Shown: positions 33,501 through 46,509 of the stretch, piece after piece | How the letters are laid out: the number at the start of each line of letters is the position of its first letter | Numbering within the stretch: the stretch's first letter is position 1 | From: Octopus sinensis | Lineage: Eukaryota | Reading direction: 5' to 3' | NCBI RefSeq assembly: GCF_006345805.1 | Contig: NC_043021.1 | Span: forward strand, 5,952,001-6,016,000 | DNA: 64,000 nucleotides | The notes under the pieces: generated by a model | What the model saw: the letters and a program-made list of their open reading frames with translations, nothing else | What the model was told of the DNA's origin: nothing | The model's database searches: none | Program-made: the position numbers and the translations under genes

Positions 33501-34270
33501 ACCGGACATAAACATGAGACACAAACACTTCATGTCCATAATACAAGCCATATGTGACAAATATGTCCCAGTGTGCAGGGCCTGCACACACAAGAACAAA
33601 AACAGGATTCTTATGAGACGACGGACAAGGATTGCGAACCGCCTGAGCAAGCACACCAAAAGTGGTGAGAAGTCTCGGCTCGAAAGAATGCTAATGGCAA
33701 CTGAGAAAAGTCTACATCAGTCCCATGAAAAGGAGAGAGCAGATAAAGAAGCTTGGGTAATAGAAAATATAAAATCAAACCCTAAAGCTTTCTTTAAGTT
33801 TACCACAGAGACAGCCACAGTGCACCAGAGAATAGGACCTCTCTTCCAAAAAGATGGCTCTCTCACAGGAAATCCCACAAGGATAAGTGAAATACTGAAC
33901 GAACAGTTCCAAAGTGTGTTCACTACACCTCTAGAACACAGGCAAGTAAACAACCCAGAAGAATTCTTTGCCACTTTACCTGCGGCCAAAGAGGCAAAAA
34001 TTGAGTACATCAACATCGAAGATGATGATATCACACTAGCCATAGATGAGATTGACGCAAACTCAGCTGCTGGACCTGATGGATTCCCAGCAATCCTTCT
34101 CAAATCATGCAAATGAGCCCTTGCAAAACCGCTACAGCTTCTTTTTCAGAGCTTTCTTGCAAGTGGTAAGCTCCCAGTCAAATTGGAAGAGGGGTTAATA
34201 TGCCCTATCCATAAGGGAGGTAGCAGAGCAGATGCTAAAAATTATAGGCCTATCTCTCTGACCTCACACG
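30515..34270 (+). mobile_element. LINE subfamily C: putative 5' UTR, ORF1 (from ATG 31836), and ORF2 endonuclease to the start of RT (3'-truncated)
   Basis: MPRNWSAREVRLLVRAW; ICKFYRKGDCWYGVEGANCRFAH; 510-aa open ORF2 frame ending AAGPDGFPAILLK, then NYRPISLTSH. CAAGATGGCG at 30517 may mark the 5' end. Confidence 0.88.
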
Positions 34271-36079
34271 GAGCTTTGTGATTGAATTCGGTAGGTGGTA
34301 GTTACTGTGTGTGTATATGTGCATGTAGGTGCTTGTGCCTCTTGAGCAGTGGTTTCTTATTTGGTTTTTTGTTAGTAGTCTTTTTGGTGATAGAAGACAA
34401 TGGTGGCAGTAGGATGCGTCAGGCTGCAATGTGATCTGGCAAGGTTTCCACATATGTATGCCATTCCTAACGTCAACCACTCCGAGAGTGTGGTGGGTGC
34501 CTTTTACGTGCCACTGACACAGGAGCCAGTCGGGGTGGGGGCTGGCATTGACCACGTTCTAATGGTGCTTTTTACGTGCAACCGGCACAGGGAACCAGTC
34601 GGGCGGCACTGGCAACAAACAATGTTTGAATGGTACTTATTATGGTGCCGCCGGCACAGGTGCCAGCCACGCGGCACTGGCATTGGCCATAATTACAATT
34701 TCCATTTTGATTTCGATCTTGATTTGATTTTGATTTGTGATTTCTGATTTTTGGTTTTACTTGACTCAGAAATTCTTCTCAAGCGCAACTTATCACTCTG
34801 TAATTCAAGGGTACTTTTAAAAAGGGCTGGTTATGCAACACTGGTATAGGCTACAGCTGTGATCTCACTTCACTTGCCGAGTCCTCTTAATCACGTCATA
34901 TTTCCAGAGGTCTCTGTCTCTTGCCATTACCTCTGTGAGGCCCAACATTCGAAGGTCGTTTCACCACGTCATCCCCTGTCTTCCTGGGTCACTCCTTTCC
35001 ACGGGTTCGTTCCACTGTTAGGGTGCAACACTTCTTCCCACAGCTCTCCTCATCCATACACATGACAATACCAGTGCAGTTGTCTCTCTTGTACACCACA
35101 TCTGATGCTTCTTATGTCTAACACTTCTCTCAGGACTCTTCACTCTGCCTTGTGTGCACACTGACATCGTTGCGTTCAAATTATTTAATGAAAGATAGTC
35201 ATTGTTATTTGACCGGGAAATGAATTAATCATTAGTATTTGGCAGTGGACTTGGTTATATCTTTCTTCGTTTGCTCATGGAACTACCATAATATTAGCTG
35301 TGCTGAGACACAATCATATTCATAGTAATGAAGGTTATATGTTCTTTACTCAGATTATATACAATCTATATTGATATCTAGTATTGCACCGTCAAGCACA
35401 GTGCCATTGTATCACATATATACCCAATTATCATGATAATTAATAAGCTATAATTCATTAACTCTCTTACATTTGTATGTCTGAAATGTTAACATATTTT
35501 GCCATAGGAACATCGTGTACCCTCACCTTACATTTTACACCTTGTTAGGGATCATGTTGGGGAAGGGTGTATGGAATTTGGGTTGTGGAGATGTTTTTTA
35601 GGGGACAGATTGTGTGCAGAGTGGAGGGTATACACATAAAGGACATGTCTTTATGGGCTCAGTTTCACTTAATTAGAGAGGAATGTTGATTAGTGAATTC
35701 TAGAGATGAGAGGACAGTGCCATGCCATAGATTTGGCGCAGTTATAAGAAAAGAAAGACAAAGCTAAGAGAAAACTCTTATCAAGTGTTAATTAAATGAG
35801 ATAGTTGCAACATTGTTAGAATATTTAATGTGTTTTTAGAGAAAGAGAGAGAGGCAGAGGGTGGATTTAGGAATGTTAGTCTGTTTTATTGTGGACATAT
35901 TGAGCTATTACATGGGACCACTGTAGAAAGTACAGATATATTGACCAAAACCATAATGGTCAACAGTTGACCAGTAACAACAGAAATTGAATGTCTCACA
36001 ATAACAAGATAGAGTTTAATAAAAATAAAGATGAAGAAAGTTTATTATTAAATGTAAAACTTGGAAATATTTATTTCAG

Positions 36080-36157
36080 GGGCTCCAAAGTTTGAGGACA
36101 GGTGTGTACAAACAGAGGCTACATGTCAGGAATTAGGGGCTGCATCTCAGGCAATTG
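36080..36157 (+). other. Exon-like 78-nt segment (second copy 38529-38606)
   Basis: tatttatttcag|...|gtgagt, symmetric phase 1, open: APKFEDRCVQTEATCQELGAASQAI (APKCEDR... in copy 2). Confidence 0.45.
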
Positions 36158-38269
36158 GTGAGTATAAAATAATAGTTCCCAATTGATTTCTTTAAGGTTT
36201 TATTCCCCCGAGTATATTGTGCTTGAAAGAATAACTGAAAACAGCTTCCATTCCTATTTTCCAATTTAACGATTATCTGTATAATAATTGTATTAAAGAT
36301 ATCGATTTACTGTGAGTTTATGAAATACCCATTGAGGTTAATGCTGTTGGTAATAATGTTCAAATTAGAAGACACAATAGAGTAAATTTTCTCATTTGGT
36401 CACAGAACTCATCATCATCATCATCATCGTTTAACGTCCGTTTTTATAGTAGCATGGGTCGGACGATTTCACTGGCAAGGCAGTAGGCTGCGCCAGGCTC
36501 CAATGTGATCTGGCAAGGTTTCCACATATGTTTGCCATTCCTAACGCCAACCACTCCGAGAGTGTGGTGGGTGCCTTTTACGTGCCACCGACACAGGAGC
36601 CAGTCGGGGTGGGGGCTGGCATCGACCACGTTCGGATGGTGCTTTTTACGTGCCACCGGCACAGGGAACCAGTCAGGCGGCAGTGAGAAGGACCTATGCT
36701 TCTATGGTACTTATAACGTGACACAGGAACAGGTGACAGTCAGGTGGCACTGGCATCGGTCACAACTACAATTTCCATTTTGATTTCGATCTTGAATTGC
36801 TTTTGATTTGTCATTTCTCTTATTGCCTGGTGGACTATGATGAAAATGAGGGGTTTAGGAATGATCCCTAGTGAACTCTTCTTCACTATACTCATTGCCG
36901 ATCCTCACCTTACTACAGGGTCTCTTCAACTCTTATAATCGCTCGTCAATCCCTAGTTTCCGCATTAGCTGTAAAAAGGATTCTATTAAATATTCCACTG
37001 AAATTTCATAAAATCAAGGTTAACGTGGTTGGTAAAATGGATAAATAAGAATACATAATAGAGTTAATGATGTCTTTTAGGACAGAGAACTAAAACATGT
37101 TGTTGTTTATTTGTAAACAGGAGAGTTAACGAGAAAGATTTTCTTTCTTTTACTACTAAGGTCTTTCCAAAGTTTTCTGATAGGTTATTGTTATTGTTGT
37201 TGTTATTGTTATGTAGGCAGATGTCTGTCATGACATGTTGTTTAGGTACGTACCCTGAATGTCTCAGGTCAGAATAACTTTGTTATAAATTAAAGAAATT
37301 AAAAATCAAATCTCTAAGATTATAAGTATAATGATCATTAACGTTGATTAAATATTAAATTTAGTATTGAACGGTGAACATGTTTACATTTAAACAAAAT
37401 ATTGGTGTTGACATAAAATATAAAGATAGGAATTAAATATGAGTTCCCTGTGTGACTTGAACTCACAAATCATTGTTTGTAACTAGACATAATATACACT
37501 TATTACATTGTTTGAACAACATTTACCATCCATATAGTCATACTTTTTCTCACACTTGTTAGATTTTAGATGATATTAATGCTAAACGAGGCCCAGTTTT
37601 CTGAATGTTTCACCCTTTGGTCTTGATTGTTGCGTTCAAATTATTTAATGGAAGTTAGTCATTGTTATTTGACCAGGAAATGAATTAATCATTAGTATTT
37701 GGCAGTGGACTTGGTTACATCTTTCTTCGTTTGCTCATGGAACTACCATAATATTAGCTGTGCTGAGACACAATCATATTCATAGTAATGAAGGTTATAT
37801 GTTCTTTACTCAGATTATATACAATCTATATTGATATCTAGTATTGCACCGTCAAGCACAGTGCCATTGTATCACATATATACCCAATTATCATGATAAT
37901 TAATAAGCTATAATTCATTAACTCTCTTACATTTGTATGTATGAAATGTAAATTTATTTTGTCATAGGGACATCGTGTACCCTCACCTAACATTTTATAT
38001 CTTGTTATGGATCATGTTGTGGAGATGATTTTTAGGGGACAGATTGTGTGTGGGATGGAGCGTATGCACATAAAGGATATCTTTATGACCTCAGTTTTAC
38101 TTAATTAGAGAAGAATGTTGATTAGTGAATTCTAGAGATGAGCGGACTGTGTCATGCCATAGATTTGGCACAGTTATAAGAAAAGAAAGACAATGCTAAG
38201 AGAAAACTCTTATCAAGTGTTAATTGAATAAGATAATTGCAACATTGTTAGAATATTTAATGTGTTTTT

Positions 38270-38305
<36 letters not shown>

Positions 38306-38859
38306 GAGGGTGGATTTAGAAATGTTAGTCTGTTTTATTGTGGACATATTGGGCTATTACATGGGACCACTGTAGAAAGTACAGAAATATTGACCAAAAC
38401 CATAGTGGTCAACATTTGACCATTAACGACAGAAATTGAATGTCTCACAATAACAAGACAGAGTTTAATAAAAATAAAGATGAAGAAAGTTTCTTTTTAA
38501 ATGTAAAACTTGGAAATATTTATTTCAGGGGCTCCAAAGTGTGAGGACAGGTGTGTACAAACAGAGGCTACATGTCAGGAATTAGGGGCTGCATCTCAGG
38601 CAATAGGTGAGTATAAAATAATAGTTCCCAATTGATTTCTGTAAGGTTTTCTTCCCCCGAGTATATTGTGCTCGAAAGAATAACTGAAAACCGCTTCCAT
38701 TCCTATTTTCCAATTGAACGATTATCTGTATAATAATTGAATTAAAGATATCGATTTACTGTGAGTTTATGAAATACCCATTGAGGTTAATGCTGTTGGT
38801 AATAATGTTCAAATTAGAAGACACAATAGAGTTAATTTTGTCATTTGGTCACAGAACTC

Positions 38860-39695
38860 ATCATCATCATCATCATCATCATCATTTAACATCCGTTTCT
38901 TATGGCGGCATGGGTCGGACGATTTCACTGGCAAGGCAGTAGGCTGCGCCAGGCTGCAATGTGATCTGGCAAGGTTTCCACATATGTATGCCATTCCTAA
39001 CACCAACCACTCCGAGAGTGTGGTGGGTGCTTTTTACGTGCCACCGACACAGGAGCCAGTTGAAGTTGGGGCTGGCATCGACCACGTTCGGATGGTGCTT
39101 TTTACGTGCCAACGGCACAGGGAACCAGTCAGGCGGCACTGGCAACAAACAATGTTTGAATGGTACTTATTATGTGCCACCGGCACGGGTGCCAGCCAGG
39201 CGGCACTGGCATCGGCCATAATTACAATTTGCATTTTGATTTCGATCTTGATTTGATTTTGATTTGTGATTTCTGGTTTTTGGTTTTACTTGACTCGGAA
39301 ATTCTTCTCAAGCACAACTTATCACTCTGTGATTCAAGGGTACTTTTAAAAAGGGCTGGTTATGCGCCACTGGCATATGCTACAGCTGTGATCTCACTTC
39401 ACTTGCCGAGTCCTCTTAATCACATCATATTTCTAGAGGTCTCTGTCTCTTGCCATTACCTCTGTGAGTCCCAAAGTTCGAAGGTCGTTTCACTACGTCA
39501 TCCCCTGTCTTCCTGGGCCACTCCTTTCCACGGGTTCCTTCCACTGTTAGGGTGTAACACTTCTTCCCACAGCTCTCCTCATCCATACACATGTCCATAC
39601 CAGTGCTGTTGTCTCTCCTGTACACCACATCTGATGCTTCTTATGTCTAACACTTCTCTCAGGCCTCTACACTCTGCCTTGTGTACACACTGACA
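38860..39695 (-). mobile_element. RTE LINE 3' end with 3' UTR and (GAT)n tail (sister copy 34400-35165)
   Basis: Minus-strand MDEESCGKKCYTLTVEGTRGKEWPRKTGDDVVKR, the degenerate RTE RT C-terminus. Confidence 0.8.
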
Positions 39696-40344
39696 TCGTT
39701 GCGTTCAAATTATTTAATGAAAGATAGTCATTGTTATTTGACCAGGAAATGAATTAATCATTAGTATTTGGCAGTGGACTTGGTTATATCTTTCTTCATT
39801 TGCTCATGGAACTACCATAATATTAGCTGTGCTGAGACACAATCATATTCATAGTAATGAAGGTTATATGTTCTTTACTCAGATTATATACAATCTATAT
39901 TGATATCTAGTATTGCACCGTCAAGCACAGTGCCATTGTATCACATATATACCCAATTATCATGATAATTAATAAGCTATAATTCATTAACTCTCTTACA
40001 TTTGTATGTATGAAATGTAAGCTTATTTTATCATAGGGACATCGTGTACCCTCACGTTACATTTTATATCTTGTTAGGGATCATGTTGGGGAAAGGTGTA
40101 TGGAATTTGGCTTGTGGAGATGACTTTCAGGGGACAGATTGTGTGCGGGGTGGAGGGTATGCACATAAAGGACATGTCTTTATGGGCGCAGTTTTACTTA
40201 ATTAGAGAGGAATGTTGATTAGTGAATTCTAGAGATGGGGGGACAGTGCCATGCCATAGATTTGGCACAGTTATAAGAAAAGTAAGACGAAGCTAAGAGA
40301 AAACTGGTATGAAGTGTTAATTAAATGAGATAATTGCAACAGAA

Positions 40345-41520
40345 GCGGACACCACGGAAAACACTTTCTATCGTATAAAAACCAAAAAATTCCCTCCCAG
40401 GATTAAAGGCTTGGAAGATTTCGAAGCGGACCTGCTGAAAATTATGAACAAAATAAAATTTCGTAAGTCTTTTAACAATTTCCATCATAAATTGAAAAAA
40501 AGATATTAAACATATAAAAAGCCCTCCCCCAAAAAGACGCCTTTATTACTATTAAAGATCACAAAGAGAACTTCCTTTCCAACCCTAAATGTAGGCTTAT
40601 CAACCCAGCCAAGTCAGAACTTGGCATTATTAGTAAAGAAATTTTAGATAAAATAAATGCGAAAATTAAGACCGATACTAGGCTAGTACAATGGTCCAAT
40701 AGTATAGAAGTCGTAGACTGGTTTAAAGCCATTAAGAATAAGAAAAAAGCGAGGTTTACACAATTCGATATTGTTGATTTTTATGCTTCTATCTCTAAAC
40801 AACTGCTAGATAAAGCCCTCGTCTTCACAGAAATTAGTACAAATGATAAGGACATAATCTTCCATGCTAGAAAGACCTTACTTTTCAGTGAGAATGCAAA
40901 GTGGGTCAAAAACACCGACACAGAGGGCGCTTTCGAAGTGAGCATGGGGTCAAATGATGGGGCAGGCATTTGCGATCTTATTGGATTTTTTCTCCTAGAT
41001 ACCTTAGGTAAGACATTCCCTGACGTACATTTCGCCATCTACAAAGATGATGCCCTTGCCTTAACAGCTAATACAAATGGACCAGCACAAGATCGTTTTA
41101 GGAAGGATATTATCCAGCTAATGAAATACTTCGGGCTTAGTATAACTATAGATACTAACCTGACGGTTGTCAATTTCTTAGACGTTTCCTTAGATCTTAA
41201 TAAGAATATTTATAAGCCTTATAGGAAGCCCAATGATAGACTAAGTTACATTAATGTAGGTTCATGCCATCTCCCTATAGTATTCAAAAATTTAGTTAAA
41301 AATATTAGTAAGAGAATTTCTAGCCTCTCCTCCGATAAGGACATTTTTAATAGCGTTGCCCCAGTTTATAATAAGGCTTTAAAAGATAGTGGTTTTAGCG
41401 AAAAAATAAAATATACACCCGTTACTAGCCCAACAGTAAGGAAAAGGAATAATAGAAATAGAAAGGTAATTTAGTTTACACCCCCTTACTCACCCGAGGT
41501 GGCCTTCAATATAGGTAAAG
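40345..41520 (+). mobile_element. Penelope-like RT fragment
   Basis: AFITIKDHKENFLSNPKCRLINPAKSELG, QFDIVDFYASI, FEVSMGSNDGAGICDLIG, YKDDAL and NFLDVSLDL. Confidence 0.9.
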
Positions 41521-44500
41521 AAAACTTAGGCCTTAGGATTACCTTAGACTCGAACTTAACCAAAGCTAACTTCCTTGACGTTACCCTCGATTTAGAAACC
41601 TTCCTTTATTACCCGTACCATAAACCTAATGAATCCCTTAGATACATAGACATTAATTCTAACCACCCCAAAAATATATTAGACAACGAATTAGATGGTC
41701 TTTTTCGACCACCCTGATGTAGCATCTACCAATAATGAAATGTACGGCTTCAAATCTAATAAGGCTCCTCCCACCAACAGCCTACTTGAACCTTTTGAAG
41801 AAGACCTCTTCCTTATGATAAAAAATATCAAATTCAGGAAAGTCAACCTACCTTTCCAAACGGACCTTAATGAGAAACTCTCGAAAATGAAAAGCTCCCC
41901 GCACCTCCATGTCCCTTCCGACAAAACAAAAAATATTTACGCGGTGATTCCCGATACCTACAACAGACTGGCTGATAACGCCATCACAGCTAAGTACAAA
42001 AAAGTTGATGACACGGCTTTAACTGAAAGTAACTTAGCCGGGAAGAAGATCGCCACTTCCCTTAAACTGGATGACCGAACAGAACCTCTGAGGGTTATAC
42101 TTTTTTTAAAAACTTAGGCCTTAGGATTACCTTAGATTCGAACTTAACCAAAGCTAACTTCCTTGACATTACCCTCGATTTAGAAACCTCCCTTAAATTG
42201 CCACTTCCCTTAAACTGGATGACCGAACAGAATCTCCGAGGGTGAAGTCCCCACACTTCACCCTAAAAGACCACAAAAACAATTTCGACAATAAACCATC
42301 GGTCCGACTGATTAACCCAACCAAGTCTGACATTGGATCTGTCAGCAAGATCCTGGACAGGATTTTACCTAAAATACGTGAAGCATCACCCCTTCCACTC
42401 TGGAATAGGACTTCCGAGGCAATAACTTGTTTCCGAGATTTACCTGACAAGAGCAACACCCGCTTCCTACAATTAGATATCGAGGAATATTACGCCTCTA
42501 TATCGGAGAGCCTGCTGATTGACATGATTAACTTCGCTAGGACCTTCTCCACCATCACCGAAGCCGAGCAGGATGTGATCCTCCATGCACGTAAGACCTT
42601 TCTTTACCATGACGGATCCCACTGGATCAACAAAAAATCCTAGACCCCCTTCGACGTCAGCATGGGTGCTAGCGACTCGGCTGAAATAAGTGACCTTGTG
42701 GGCCTAGTCATCCTCCATAGGTTGAAGACCCTATTCACAGGCCTCTCCGGTGGTCTCTACCGCGATGATGGCCTTTTTGCCCTACACAAAATAAACCCTA
42801 GGACCACGAATGGGTTCCGGAAAAACCTTTATACTTTTTTTAAAAACTTAGGCCTTAGGATTACCTTAGATTCGAACTTAACCAAAGCTAACTTCCTTGA
42901 CATTACCCTCGATTTAGAAACCTCCCTTAAACTGGATGACCGAACAGAACCTCTGAGGGTGAAGTCCCCACACTTCACCCTGAAAGACCACAAAAACAAT
43001 TTCGACAATAAACCATCGGTCCGACTGATTAACCCAACCAAGTCTGACATTGGATCCGTCAGCAAGAAGATCCTGGACAGGATTTTACCTAAAATACGTG
43101 AAGCATCACCCCTTCCACTCTGGAATAGGACTTCCGAGGCAATAACTTGGTTCCGAGATTTACCTGACAAGAGCAACACCCGCTTCCTACAATTAGATAT
43201 CGAGGAATATTACGCCTCTATATCGGAGAGCCTGCTGATTGACATGATTAACTTCGCTAGGACCTTCTCCACCATCACCGAAGCCGAGCAGGATGTGATC
43301 CTCCATGCACGTAAGACCTTTCTTTACCATGACGGATCCCACTGGATCAACAAAAAATCCTAGACCCCCTTTGATGTCAGCATGGGTGCTAGCGACTCGG
43401 CTGAAATAAGTGACCTTGTGGGCCTAGTCATCCTCCATAGGTTGAAGACCCTATTCACAGGCCTCTCCGGTGGTCTCTACCGCGATGATGGCCTTTTTGC
43501 CCTACACAAAATAAACCCTAGGCCCACGAATGGGTTCCGGAAAAACCTTTATACTTTTTTTAAAAACTTAGGCCTTAGGATTACCTTAGATTCGAACTTA
43601 ACCAAAGCTAACTTCCTTGACATTACCCTCGATTTAGAAACCTCCCTTAAATCGCCACTTCCCTTAAACTGGATGACCGAACAGAATCTCTGAGGGTGAA
43701 GTCCCCACACTTCACCCTAAAAGACCACAAAAACAATTTCGACAATAAACCATCGGTCCGACTGATTAACCCAACCAAGTCTGACATTGGATCCGTCAGC
43801 AAGAAGATCCTGGACAAGATTTTACCTAAAATACGTGAAGCATCACCCCTTCCACTCTGGAATAGGACTTCCGAGGCAATAACTTGTTTCCGGGATTTAC
43901 CTGACAAGAGCAACACCCGCTTCCTACAATTAGATATCGAGGAATATTACGCCTCTATATCGGAGAGCCTGCTGATTGACATGATTAACTTCGCTAGGAC
44001 CTTCTCCACCATCACCGAAGCCGAGCAGGATGTGATCCTCCATGCACGTAAGACCTTTCTTTACCATGACAGATCCCACTGGATCAACAAAAAATCCGAG
44101 ACACCCTTCGACGTCAGCATGGGTGCTAGCGACTCGGCTGAAATAAGTGACCTTGTGGGCCTATTCATCCTCCATAGGTTGAAGACCCTATTCACAGGCC
44201 TCTCCGGTGGTCTCTACCGCGATGATGGCCTTTTTGCCCTCCACAAAATAAACCCCAGGACCACGAATGGGTTCCGGAAAAACCTTTACACTTTTTTTAA
44301 AAACTTAGGCCTTAGGATTACCTTAGATTCGAACTTAACCAAAGCTAACTTCCTTGACGTTACCCTCGATTTAGAAACCTCCCTTCATTACCCGTACCAT
44401 AAACCTAATGAATCCTTTAGATACATAGACATTAATTCCAACCACCCCAAAAATATATTAGACAACCTAGTGAAAAGTGTCTCCATTAGGATATCTAGCC

Positions 44501-44905
44501 TCTCTGCCACCGAGGATATCTTTAATGCCGCAGCCCCCTATTACGAGGCCCTGGCCCGCAGTGGCTTTAGAGATAAGATCACCTACATTAGCATAGCCCC
44601 ACGCCCACCCAAGAATAATAGGCGAAGACACATTAGCTGGTACAACCCACCCTTCAACCGTGAAGTTTCAATACCTGTAGCTAAAATTTTCTTCACTCTC
44701 TTACAAAAACACTTCCCCACCCAACATAAGTACTATACAATCCTTAATAAGAACACCATTAGACTCTCCTACTCCACCACACCCAATCTAGCTAGGAACC
44801 TAGCCAACAATAACGTCAAAAAACTTAATAAATCTACTTTTTCCGAAGCCCATCCAGCATCCGACAGCAACTGCAATTGCAACTGCCCTGATAAGACTAC
44901 TTGCC
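41520..44905 (+). mobile_element. Penelope-like RT with the catalytic core repeated three times in tandem
   Basis: GTGAAGTCCCCACAC at 42242, 42959 and 43696 (717- and 737-bp periods). Each unit carries TLKDHK..VRLINPTKSDIG, MGASDSAEISDLVG and YRDDG. The last copy continues to CNCNCPDKTTCP. Confidence 0.92.
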
Positions 44906-44907
44906 CA

Positions 44908-45907
44908 GGACATGACAAACTGTGTCATATTAGACCAGTAACTGACAAACTTTCTGAGACATGCTTGGAAAACTACAATCCTCATAAAGAACAGTCCATT
45001 GATTAAGGAATGATAACCTTCAAAGGAAGACTGTCATTCAAACAGTACTTACTGGCCAAACCCACAAAATTTGGAATAAAAGTATGGGAGCGTGCTTCAC
45101 CGAACAATGGATACGTATGGTGAAGGACCTAACTTGGAAATTGATTGGAAAATCGCATGTGATTTACATGGACAATTTTTTATCAAGCCCAGAACTGAAT
45201 GCTTGTTACATGAAAAGATCTACTCTTGTGGCACCGTTAGAATAAATCACCGTGGAATGCCAGAAGCGATCAAAAGTGCCAAATTAAAGAACAGAGGAAA
45301 ATCCCTTACAATGCAGAAAGGCAACCTAGTAGCAACAGCATGGAAAGACAAGAAGATTGTGACTTAACTAAGCACAAACTGCGATCCTACACAGAGTAGT
45401 GCAAAGACATCAAAAGGATGGGACCCTAAAGGATGTGTCAGCTCCAAGTGTTTCCGAGCTATACAACAAATATATGTTTGGTGTAGACTTGGCTGACCAA
45501 AAGAGGCTGCAGTATTCCACTTGCAGAAAAGCCAAAAAAATGGTACAAGTACTTGTTTTGATCTTGCACTTGTCGATTCCTTGATTTGCATGCAAAAATC
45601 GCCAAATCATAAGTTGCTGACCAAAACAAACAAGGAAAAAAAGAGAACGCAGTTGGACTTCAGAATGGCATTGGCGCAGCAGATGATCGGAACATTCAGA
45701 GGAAGTAGAAAGCGTAGGGCACCTGGAATGACGGGAAATTGTGAGGATGCACATTGGCCCATTCAATTTGAAAAAGCTGGACGATGTAAGGGATGTGCAA
45801 AGCAGAACAAGAGACACGAAGTCTCTACTGGATGCAGACAATGTAATGTTAGACTGTGCATAAAGAATGACTGCTTTTTCAAGTACCACCAAGAACTGTT
45901 AAAATGA
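44908..45907 (+). mobile_element. piggyBac transposase pseudogene fragment
   Basis: EQSID*GMITFKGRLSFKQYL..KPTKFGIKVW, YNKYMFGVDLADQ, and a C-terminal cysteine-rich domain RCKGC..TGCRQCNVRLCIKNDCFFKYH. Confidence 0.9.
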
Positions 45908-46033
45908 ATTAATTACACTTATTGTGTATATTTCAAGGAATGCTATGTAAATATTGTAAATGAATGCCATTTTTGAAATAATTAACTTTTGGGGGTTTAT
46001 AAAACAGAATTTATAAAATATTCCAATAAATAA

Positions 46034-46392
46034 ATGAGACGCTGCCAGCTACCACCAATCAACAAAAAGGCTGGCCAGGCAGAAAAAACCCTGCAAGAGT
46101 CAAGTCTGTTGGTTCGAGGAGCACAACTATTCAACTCCATTCTGGTACATGTCAGAAATCTATCAGGATGCAGTGTGGAATCATTCAAATTGCAGCTGGA
46201 TAGATACTTAAGCACCATTAGAGATGAACCCCATCTCCCAGGATATACACAACGAGCACAAACTGACTCAAACTCGCTCCTACACATGTCAAAATTAAAC
46301 AGAGAATACAACCTGGCAACCACACCAGACTCTGAGGGTGGAGTCTTCGACTTGGCCTGAGCATGGACTCAAACTCAAATGAAATGAAATTG
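46034..46392 (+). mobile_element. LINE RT C-terminus and 3' tail (CR1/L2 group sensu lato; possibly the family of subfamilies A-C)
   Basis: SLLVRGAQLFNS..VRNLSGCSVESFKLQLDRYLSTIRDEP..GY..RA..SNSL, followed by a short TCAAA/TGAAA tail. Confidence 0.7.
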
Positions 46393-46509
46393 CGAGTTTT
46401 ATGTGTGTACCATTCATTCCAGCAGCAAAATATCTCTGGTAATTAACCCTCACACTGCTGCTGCAGTGAGAGATAAGAACTCCGTGTAGTAGTGAACAGC
46501 CAGATCAGC

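Larger units (their letters stand above)
34400..40340. repeat. Diverged tandem segmental duplication: unique block plus minus-strand RTE 3' end, about 3 copies
   Basis: GTTGCGTTCAAATTATTTAATG starts at 35169, 37629 and 39698 (periods 2460 and 2069). An extra unique segment lies at about 36800-37628. Confidence 0.9.
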
